A DNA stretch of 64,000 nucleotides, from positions 35,001-99,000 of the forward strand of contig CAXHJY010000087.1 of assembly GCA_964016885.1 (NCBI GenBank). Direction: 5' to 3'. The DNA comes from Eledone cirrhosa. Taxonomy: Eukaryota. The notes under the pieces were generated by a model. That model made no database searches, was not told the origin of the DNA, and saw nothing but the letters and a program-made list of their open reading frames with translations. The first letter of the stretch is position 1; each line of letters starts with the position of its first letter. The translations under genes and the position numbers were made by a program. Positions 1 through 64,000 of the stretch are shown here, one piece after another.

Positions 1-234
1 CCTATGACGGAGAAAGAATTTTTAGTATTATTAACCTAATTAATATACATTTTGGAAATATATTTATTATTTGGTTTTAGCTTTAATCAACCTAAAACTT
101 TAATTTTAATTTTAATTTGCTTAAAATTAGTATCCTTGTACAGACGAATTGCAGAATTTCATGTAATCATAGAATGGGAGGTGTTTTTGGATATATACCT
201 AGTTAATATATTCTGTGCAAATTTTTTGAAAAAG

Positions 235-1407
235 ATATGTATATCTATATGTATATGTATATGTGTGTATTGTATGTGTATCTGTATGTATATTTATGTG
301 ACTATTTATGTATGTATGTGTGTATATATATGTATATATATATATATATATGTGTATGTATATGTATATGTATGTGTATGTGTATGTATATGTATGTGTA
401 TGCGTATTAATTTTGATTTTTATTTGCATATAATTATATTATGCTATTGATGAAATACAATATCTGCTTTATGTATTGTATACCTAATTAACATATACTA
501 ATTAACATACTATTGAAATAAATATATAATTTTTAACTTAGTTTACATATAATTTATATGCTACTACCGATGTAATACTTTATTTTATTTTTATTTGGGT
601 TTCTTTTCCCTATTATTAACTTTAATTTAGTTATAATGTAATTAATAATCTACTACTGTTTGACTTCATAATTCTGCTTCAAATATTATAAACCTAACTA
701 ATTTACACCTTGGAAATCAATATGTTGACTATCTTTGGTTTAGTTGACATATGATTAATGGTATACTTTTTTATTTTGTGATGCATAGATTTCGTATTTC
801 CTAGCATTGAAAATATGTAAGAACATACATTGAATTAAGATATGGAAAATATTATAGGTTTCTTGAAACATATATTTACTTTGATCCCCTTCTCCAAACC
901 CCCCCCTTTCCCCCATACTATTATCATCTGTTTTTGTAAGTGTATATGTATGAATATATGGGTAGATGGGTGTCTATATAGTTTTTTTGGTATTTATTTC
1001 TAGATATAAAAATACATATATGAGCATGTAAATATGAATGTAAGATTGAGTGTGTATATATGATTGTACATACATATGTATGTATATGTATGTATATATA
1101 TGTATTATATATGTACGTGTATGTGAATGTGTGGTATATATATGTGTAGGTATATGTATATATGTGTGCGTATGTGTATGCTTGTATATAGGAATATATA
1201 TGTGTGTATATATGTATATATGTATATGCGTGTTTGCATGTATGTGTATATGGGTTCTGTATATATTTGTATGTCTCTCTATTTATATGTTTATCTTCGT
1301 ATCTATGTGATATATGTGTGTGTGTGTGCATGTATGCATATGTATGTGTTTGTGTGTGTTTGTATGTGTGTGTGTATATATATGTATGTATTTGCGCACA
1401 CTCACAT

Positions 1408-1444
<37 letters not shown>

Positions 1445-1536
1445 AGTGTGTATGTGTGTCTGTATGTGTGTGCGTGTGTATATATGTGTATATATATATA
1501 TATGTGTATGTATGTGTATGTGTGTGTATATAGATA

Positions 1537-1577
<41 letters not shown>

Positions 1578-1716
1578 ATATAGGTGTCTATGTGTGAATA
1601 TATGTCTTTATTCGTATGTGTGTATTTATATATGTTTATATTTAGGTGTATGTATGTATGTGTATGTATGTATGTATATGTATGTGTATGTATGTATATG
1701 TGTATATAGTTGTGTA

Positions 1717-1749
<33 letters not shown>

Positions 1750-1974
1750 TATTCTTTATTATTATTGTAATATAACTTATGTGTATATGTGTATAAGTGA
1801 GGTTGTGTATGTATATATACTATGTCTATATATAAGGGTAATGAAATGTATATATATATATATATATGTATATGTGTGCATGTCTGTATTTTATGTGTGT
1901 GTGTATATATATATATATATGTGTATGTGTGTATATGTGTATGTATATATGCATATATGTGTACGTGTGTGTAT

Positions 1975-2024
<50 letters not shown>

Positions 2025-2134
2025 GGATGTTTGTATGTGTTTTCATGGTGGTATGAGTGTGGGATATATATGTTTATGTATAAGTATATGTATGTGTATG
2101 TATATATATATGAGTCTATGTGTGTGTGTGTATA

Positions 2135-2179
<45 letters not shown>

Positions 2180-2370
2180 ATGTGTGTATGTGTTGCGCGT
2201 GTGTGTGTCCGTATTTTTATCTTTTTATATGTGTATGTGTATGTTCGTGTAAATGTATGTGTGTGTATGACAGTATAGGTATGTGTGTATGTATGTATGT
2301 GTAGATATCTCTATGTGCGCGTACATGTACGTATGTGTATGTATATCTGTATGCGTATGTACATTATATT
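235..2370. repeat. Compound (TA)n/(TG)n/(TATG)n microsatellite field
   Basis: Direct reading; source of the YI/CV-type ORFs. Confidence 0.95.
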
Positions 2371-3151
2371 ATGTAATATATTTTATTGTTTTTATTTTTT
2401 TATTTTTCATAATTTATAGATACATTTATATTAGGCTGTCTGGTCTGACAACCTAATACTGACCCCTCCCCCCCCCCCCCTCCCACCTAATTTCTGTATC
2501 TTGATCTTGAAATGTGTGTACCAGTGTGTTTATGTGAGTGACTTAATTTCTATTTGCTTATGATTTTATATCCACATATATAAATGTGAGTGGGGGGAGT
2601 GTGTGTGTTTGTGTGTTCGTGGTTATGTGTATATTTATATATATACGCACATGTATGTGTGATTATACTGATATGTGTGAGTATGAAAAAAATATATTTA
2701 TATGCTTGACTACATAAGTATCATTGCGTATCTTATCAGCGCATTAAGCTTACAGAGATATTAACCTTGAACATTTTTTATTTGCATCCATCTTTTTAGT
2801 ATGCACATACATATTATACACACATTATTGTAAAATGTGTGTAGGGTTTTACATGTATATACACACACCAAACTGCTTTTTAACCCTTTGTGTTTTCATT
2901 GGTCAATTTTGAACTGATATTTTGAATTGTTGTTATTATCAATAAATATACTTCATTATTTCTGAAGACGGCGTATATATGAGTTAGGTATGTATATTTA
3001 ATCTTGATAATTTGTATAATTTTGTATAATTTTGTACATAGATCTGTTAAATATGCATACCAATTATAGCACATATATGCCCTAGAAACGATCGTTAAAT
3101 AGTGAACTTTTTTTGTTTAATATAAGGAATTGTTTGTTCATTATTTGTTTA

Positions 3152-3189
<38 letters not shown>

Positions 3190-3638
3190 TATGTATTTAT
3201 ATAAATGAAACTTCTCAGGAACACGGTGTTTTGGTTTTAGCTCCGTAAATATACATGTACTACCAAATGTTCTCTAATCATGATGACAGTCGTTATAACT
3301 AAACTTTATTCTTACATACACTCGCATACAGAGTGTGCACAGAGAACATCACACTCACACACTGAGTTCACAGATACAGAAAGCCACCAAACCAATGGAC
3401 AAACACACACAAACAGTTACTCGATAATGTTATATACAACCCAAAATACATATATATATACATCAACATACTCAAACACCTGCATGACTTCACTTATATA
3501 TATATATACACACTATTTTATTCATCAATTCCAGCATACAAAAATATATAATGTAATCTCGATTTGACATTAGTGTTGAAACGCGTGTCATAGTTTTCTG
3601 TACAGACTAATACGGAGTGTGTTTGAAATACAACTTAC

Positions 3639-57659
<54,021 letters not shown>

Positions 57660-57712
57660 CTAGAAAATATAAACAAAATAATAGTAAACCTATATGTATA
57701 TATACAAATAAT

Positions 57713-57892
57713 TGTTTCTACTCTTGGCACAAGGCCAACTATTACCCAGTGCATTAATGGTACTGTATTTTATCGACCCCGTAAGGATGAAAGGCAAAGT
57801 TAACCTCGGCGGGATTTGAACTTAGAATGGCAAGGGCCGTAACTCTATGCGTCAAAGCATGGCGTCCGATCCTCTAGCGATACTGCCAATCC
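57713..57892 (-). mobile_element. tRNA-derived cephalopod-type SINE with 9-bp target-site duplication
   Basis: Minus: A-box-like tggcagtatcg, B-box gttcaaatcc, then gcctttcatccttacggggtcgataaaat..gtacca; flanked by acaaataat at 57704-57712 and 57893-57901; interrupts the unit consensus. Confidence 0.85.
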
Positions 57893-58314
57893 ACAAATAA
57901 TATTACAAATACAGGATACAGTTATTAGACACATTATCTCTCATATACTGATAAATACACCAGGTGCGAACACAAAATGAACCAACTTTTTCTGTCCTTG
58001 CCTTATATATATATATATCTCAAAAGAACATCAACAACATCAATAATAAAAGAGGTGAAAGATGTATGGTATTGTCATAACACCCAGGTGTGTGTGAGTG
58101 TCCAGATTGTACGTACTGCAAGGGGAATCCATTAGGCCCTACCGTATGGTATACTTGTGTACAAATACCTATGTGCCCATCAATTTTCAATATATGTGTG
58201 CGTATTTGTATATGTGCGTCGGCACGTGTTCTTTTGAGAGAATCGTTTTTGCTAATGACCGAAACCATCGAATAATATACGCCATTTTTACCAGTACCAC
58301 AAAAATACTGGTCC

Positions 58315-58665
58315 ATCCACACACACACAGACACACACACACAAACACACGCGTACACTAACATACAGACAGACAAACACGCACACACACACACAATTCT
58401 CCGTATAAGATAAGAGCTGAAAAATATGTTTCAACATGTTTTAAATACCCCCCCCCCCCCCCCCCCGACACACACACACGCGCACACGTACACACACATT
58501 CCTACTGACCGATTCATTCCAATTATCACAACAATGAACCACTCTGCTACACACACAGACACACACACACACACACGTACGCACACATACACACACACAC
58601 ACACGCACACAAACACACACAGACACATACACACCCACACACACACGCACACACACACACACACA

Positions 58666-58699
<34 letters not shown>

Positions 58700-58830
58700 T
58701 ATTTGTCATAATAGACATCTGAACTGTTGACCTTTCAACATGACTGCAACTCACACACGTACACACACATACATACTGACCATTATCACAACAACGAACC
58801 ACTTTACTACACACACACATATTTGTCTTA
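58315..58830. repeat. (CA)n-rich microsatellites with a poly-C tract
   Basis: Direct reading. Confidence 0.9.
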
Positions 58831-59199
58831 ATAGACTTATTTTTCAGTGACTTCTCAACGTGACATTCAACAATCAACCAAATCTTAATACCCCTGGAGC
58901 CACTTTTTTCACATAAAACAGGAAGAATTTCCAAAAATGATCAGATTAGAGTAAAAATCACGGCGCTCTATCTCAAAATTATTATTGAAAAGCATTAGAA
59001 ATGCGCAACAGGTAAAAACTTAAAACTAAAACTGAATACTAACTAATACTTATTCCGAATTAAACTATTTTTCACTGGGAAAATTTTGTCAGCATTTTCT
59101 TTTCCTTTTTACTAATATATCACAACTCGTGTGTCTGACCTCTATTATAAATATATATATATATATATATATAGAAGTGGTTACACAACTGTTAGTTCA

Positions 59200-59249
59200 C
59201 CATACTGAGAACAATTGTTTCACCTTAGCGGATCCTCAGCTCGAAATGG
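59200..59249 (-). ncRNA. Minimal type I hammerhead ribozyme (Penelope type)
   Basis: Minus: ccatttc-gag-CTGAGGA-tccgctaaggt-GAAA-caattg-TT-ctc-agtatgg; intact core, palindromic stem III acaattgt, GUU triplet, stem I gag/ctc extended by cca/tgg. Confidence 0.7.
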
Positions 59250-59404
59250 GCATGGTTATAGGAACAGGAATGACAACCGTACGAACGCGCATGCGCAGAA
59301 ACCCGGTCACTTCACACAGGCGATACTAGACTGCGTGCGAGAGGTATAAGGGAGATAGTGAGTGATCTACCACTACGGATATTACCTTCCAGTGTTCCAC
59401 CACA

Positions 59405-59507
<103 letters not shown>

Positions 59508-59542
59508 GAAGCACCGTTCCGAGCAACAACAACTCCGTAAAA

Positions 59543-59940
59543 TGTAACTGTAGAATCAAACTGCCCTTTAAAAAATAAGTGTTTAGATAAAAACATAGTT
59601 TATAAATGCAGTTAAAACTAGTGATAATATATTCAACTATGTCGGAGCCACTTCTACAGAATCGAAACTTCGCTGGAATAACCATAATTACTCTTTTAGA
59701 AGATCTAACGAAAAATCTTCTACTACCCTCTCACATCTTATATGGAACTTAAAAAGTAAGAATATAGATTACTCATTATCTTGGAAAGCGATTTCGAAAG
59801 CACCTGCTTACCGAAACACGGCCTCATCAAGATTCTGTAAATAATGTATTGAAGAAATTTTTTATATAATTAATTGTAAAAGCTCTATTAAGCTCAGGAC
59901 AAAAATATTCAGTTCTTGCAGACATCGCCAAAATTCTACA
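59543..59940 (+). mobile_element. Penelope-like (Neptune-type) GIY-YIG endonuclease remnant with frameshifts and a stop
   Basis: Manual translation: CNCR../CPLKNKCLDKNIVYKC/VKTSDNIFNYVGATSTESKLRWNNHNYSF..STTLSHLIWNLK..YSLSWKAISKAPAY..FCK*CIEEIFYI..KLRTKIFSSCRH, matching the Cys knuckle, IVY..YIG, R..H and terminal CRH pattern of PLE endonucleases. Confidence 0.85.
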
Positions 59941-60651
59941 TTCAGAACTATATGTAACTTATAATATACTTATACTATTCCTATTAATCTCCAAAATGAT
60001 CATCCCATCTGTCCTAACATTTTTAATACTTTTAATATCTCTAAATCATAATATGTTTAACATTTCTTATATATATGTAGTGTATGTGTATAGATATTTA
60101 TATATATTTATATACTTCTATATTATGTACTTCTATATAATTCTAATTTTAATTTTAATTTTAATTTTAATTTTAATTTTTCATAAATTCTTAAATTCTT
60201 TAATTCTTTTTTCTAATGACACCCTCTAAAGCTAATTTTTAAATGTATATTAATAACCGTTAACTGTTTTTAGTAAAATGTATCCTATTCAAGATGTTTA
60301 AATATTCCTATTTCTTTAGACTAAATAATTAATCACATATTAGCGATTAATAAATAATCGGAGTTATCTTTCCTTTTTTCAATCATAAAAAAACTTTTTA
60401 TACATAACTCTGTTAATTTAATTTAAACCTTACCAATTGTAACTATCTATTTATTTACATAAAATAAACATCCCTAGTAACTTATATTATGAACAACCAC
60501 CTATAAATATAATGTCATTTTTTTCTTAGCTAACTCTGATAATGGCCTCATTGTAAGATCTCTGAAGATGGAAGTGAATAAAATGTTTATCCTTGATTAT
60601 GTTAGGGTGTTTTGTAATGTAAAGTGCTATATTCTTGACTGAATTAAGTAG

Positions 60652-60860
<209 letters not shown>

Positions 60861-61346
60861 TGTATTCATATAAATGAAAACTTTCAGAATCATGGCGTCT
60901 TAACTACGTGAATATACATTTACTACCAAATTTTCTCTAATCATGATGACAGTCGTTATAACTAAAATTAATTCTTACATACACTCGCATATGGGGTGTG
61001 CACACAGAACCTCACACTCACTCATGCACACACAGGGCTCACACACATCATTACACAAAATACATGCAAAAGCCACCAACGGACAAACGCACACAAACTG
61101 TTACTCGATAATGTAATATACAACCCAATATAGATATATGTATACATCAACATACGCAAAGCACCAGCATGACTTCACTTATATATATATATACACACTA
61201 TTTTATTCATTAGTTCCAGCATACCCAATATAAAGACTTCCATGTTTACAAATATATAATGTAATCTTGATTTGACATTAATGTTGAAACACGTGTCATA
61301 GTTTGCTGTACAGACTAATAGAAAGTGTGTTTGAAATACAACTTAC

Positions 61347-61412
61347 GTTCTTTGGAGACAGCATCTATAGTTATGACTGGCTCTGAGACAAATTTCTCTA
61401 CAGGAGACATAC
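61347..61412 (-). pseudogene. Outermost exon A copy with destroyed acceptor (pseudo-exon, or a shortened 51-nt exon 61347-61397)
   Basis: Donor gtaag intact, but the acceptor reads ttccGGtatg instead of ttccAGttatg; an internal ctcctgtAG would give an in-phase 51-nt exon (xKFVSEPVITIDAVSKE). Confidence 0.55.
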
Positions 61413-61867
61413 CGGAAAAAATATGGGATAAAACAATAGGAAAGCTAGAAGGTTTTTTTTGTAAGAGTTTGTTGTCAATTTGAGGAAATGGTAGAATAAG
61501 TTGTCGTCTTTTGAATCAATTCGAACCATTTCTTTGGTTTGTTCTGTCAATGTCATTCTTTCTTACTCCACACATGCAAAACTTCCGAAAGGAGTAAAGT
61601 GTGGCCAGTCATGTGTGTGATGTCTGCTATTATGTCACAAACATTGTACAATTTCCTACTGGTCCGGAAGAACAGATATACTATTTCTCTACAGCAGTCT
61701 TACATGGAATATGTAAGGATGAAAATAATAAGTAACCCTTTCTTTTACCCTCCTTTGAACGTCCCTAAATATAAAGGTCAATAAAATATTTATCCTGGAT
61801 CATGATAGGGAGTTTCTAATATAAAGTTTGTCATCTGGAAAATATATTGAAAATATTAAACCAGTCT

Positions 61868-61962
61868 TCTGATATGCAAATCTGGCTAATCAGTGTATCT
61901 GCTAATATGCAGATCTGACTGATCAGCCAGTCTGCTATGTATGCAAATCAGGCCGATCAGTC
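61868..61962 (+). repeat. Three-copy ~33-bp minisatellite containing octamer motifs
   Basis: Unit ~tatgcaaatctggctgatcag; ATGCAAAT at 61874 and 61941, ATGCAGAT at 61907. Confidence 0.7.
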
Positions 61963-62009
61963 ACTGTGTATTTTTGAAAATAGCATATACTTTCACTAGC
62001 TCTGACAGT

Positions 62010-62089
62010 TTGGCAGGTGAACAGTGAGCTGTACTGATGAAGGGTGATACCCAGAAACATTAGTGTCTGCAGTTCTGTTCACATGCCAA
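62010..62089 (+). ncRNA. Type I hammerhead ribozyme with long stem I
   Basis: ttggca g gtgaacag tg agctgta-CTGATGA(62034-40)-a gggt gat accc a-GAAA(62054-57)-cattagtg-TC-tgcagtt ctgttcac a tgccaa; GUC triplet, cleavage predicted after 62067; ~21 bp of stem I pairing. Confidence 0.8.
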
Positions 62090-62769
62090 CACAAGAGCAA
62101 GAATGAAGGGTTCATTATACTGACATGGCTATAAAATTGAGGCTTGTTTGTATAATTGCAATCAGCTTTCAAGTCTGTTGATGTGAATTCGGGTATTGAA
62201 ACAGATATTGATATAGTTCGGGAGAGCTATGTTTGCAATGAAATCATATATACTAATTGAATATTCTGCTTGTGACGCTAAACTCCGCCTGTTACAGACT
62301 GCGCAGCAACCATTCCATTGCTGTTTGATGATAGTTTGTGACAGAGATATACAAACTCCGTAACTTGAGCAATTGCTGGGTTTATTACTAGTTAAGTAAC
62401 GAACTCCCGACCTCATCAACAGAACCACTGAATGCAACTTTCACCTGTGACCTGACAAGTTGTGTGATATGTAGTATCTATGTACTATTCCTTCACCCAT
62501 CTATTGCCGTTGCTGCTGCTGTGGAAAACTGTGAGGTTATGGTCCCCGTGAGTGATGTAGAATGCCCTGAGTGTCAATCAGGGTCCAGTGAATCCTACCT
62601 AGACTCATTTGTGACAAAGAATATCTACACAATTATTATGTTTTGCAGTCTCTGTTCCACCAGTTTGTGATGTAGCAGACCACCACCCAGTATTCCAATG
62701 ACAAAAAAGATGGCGCGCGTGGACCTGAGCCATAAAGACCCCCGAAAACCATGATCAGACAAGGAAAAT

Positions 62770-63140
62770 TGTCAGTATAAGAACAATATTGAGGGGCTAA
62801 CATCGGTCAGCATCACCCGTGATTTAGACAATCTCTTTATTATATTGTTGGAAAGGGCACATAAAGAAAGAGTAGCCAATAACTATTTACCCCTAAATAT
62901 GTACTCCCATTATGTAGACATTATCTGTATAGTAGTATAGACATGCCGCTAAAGAAATCATCAAGGGACTAGAAATAAACGGTATGGAAATCATTGAGCA
63001 AATAAATACCCAACTCCATCCACTAGAGTATCAAAATACACTGCCCAAACCACAAACTACCTGTCTTAGACACACAACTCTGTATTCTTCTTCTTTTCGT
63101 GTCCAAAAGAGTGCCAGTTATAAAGCTTGGCTAGATGTAT
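62770..63140 (+). mobile_element. Highly degenerate reverse-transcriptase remnant (Penelope-like)
   Basis: YKNNIEGL..DLDNLFIILLE..PLNMYSHYVDII..IEQINTQLHPL..WLDV parallels the PLE RT motifs YKQ..G.MGS..LANLFM..LE, YxRYVDD, N..HP and FLDV. Confidence 0.5.
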
Positions 63141-63321
63141 TCTATTCTTATTGTCATTTTGACTTATTTATACTTTCTTAAACGAAAATCCCATTGCTGA
63201 ATTCTAACAATAGTGAATACTCACTTCCACCATTATAGGCTTTCTGATGAAGTGTGATAAATAATTAAGTATTGCATATGATTGAACAATATATATTGTA
63301 GTCAGCACATGTAGACAATTA

Positions 63322-63714
63322 TCTCTCTATATAAAACTGATGTTGTCTGTATGTCCTCATTTTTGCAAAGTCTATACAAATCCACATGTCTACTCGGATT
63401 GACTTCAAACTTGCATTTATATATTCCTTGCGGTCTAAAGATACTAACTGCAGCTTTTATTTTTCAATTTTCTGTTGTTAAAGGGGTGTTATCGATCTCC
63501 GTCGAGCCCTTATAATATCTGTCTGTATGTCTAGCTGTCTGCATAACGACATTCTGACGAACACGTCATTGATACACACACACACACATATACATAAACA
63601 TATACAGAGTGAAAGGGAGATGTAGAGAGAGAGAGAGAGAGTGAGATAGGCCGTTATACAGAGAGAGATAGAAGATTTTCAGATAGAGAGAGAGAGAATG
63701 ATGACGACCGCTGG

Positions 63715-63772
<58 letters not shown>

Positions 63773-64000
63773 AACACATACATGTATAAAGACAGAGAGA
63801 GAGCGGGGTGGAGATCTGCGCGTTCTTTATTGTTCTCCATTCTGTAGAGGAAGAGAGAGGGGGTATGAGTGAGAGAGAGAGAGCGAGAGAAAGAGAGAGA
63901 GAGAGAGAGAGTATGAGAAAAACGGGAGAGAAGGTTGAGAAAGAAAGAAAGAGAGTGAGGAACTTTAACTTTTATTTATCTATTCTTTACACACTGTTCA
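63322..64000 (+). mobile_element. Possible non-autonomous Helitron-like element with internal (CA)n/(GA)n microsatellites
   Basis: Starts a|TCtctctatataaaa..gtctgtatgtc..cggattgacttcaaacttgc, resembling the 5' ends of Helitron-derived repeats; 3' end not seen in the window. Confidence 0.35.

Noticed and set aside
52-2304. Many ORFs rich in Y/I/C/V/M or H/T (also at each (TA)n and (CA)n tract)
   Set aside because: They are translations of dinucleotide microsatellites, which lack stop codons in these frames.
61567-61623. 57-nt open phase-1 segment with a gtaag donor on the minus strand
   Set aside because: The acceptor lacks a polypyrimidine tract and the peptide is unrelated to A or B; not supportable without transcripts.
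63225-63243. 19-nt micro-exon candidate (catcag|..|gtgagt) upstream of the array
   Set aside because: Splice-like signals only; too short to distinguish from chance.

Overview
AT-rich, microsatellite-dense animal genomic DNA, most likely a coleoid cephalopod (Octopus-type SINEs; inferred from memory, not searched). About 58 kb (3150-61830) looks like a ~1.4-kb satellite but is best read as one minus-strand gene built from tandemly duplicated mini-exons. The repeat family carries a 60-nt exon B ([20 protein letters not shown]) and a 66-nt exon A (xISPVEKFVSEPDIRTDAVSKE), both phase 1-1 with canonical AG/GT sites. I counted 45 B and 27 A exons, all full length and stop-free, which splice into ~1494 aa of S/T-P-rich repeats. 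The array has three zones: 18 near-identical units with a 3-unit higher-order pattern (3.1-30.3 kb), a transition zone, and four ~3.82-kb higher-order repeats (1 A + 5 B, 122 aa each), followed by old diverged copies. The same intronic (TA)n tract has repeatedly taken up insertions: Penelope-like fragments (GIY-YIG remnants, inverted repeats) and a SINE-like element. Six type I hammerhead-ribozyme-like motifs occur, plus a tRNA-SINE and a degenerate RT remnant. Nearly all ORF-track entries are spurious read-throughs of microsatellites or introns. The start codon and the identity of the gene are not established.
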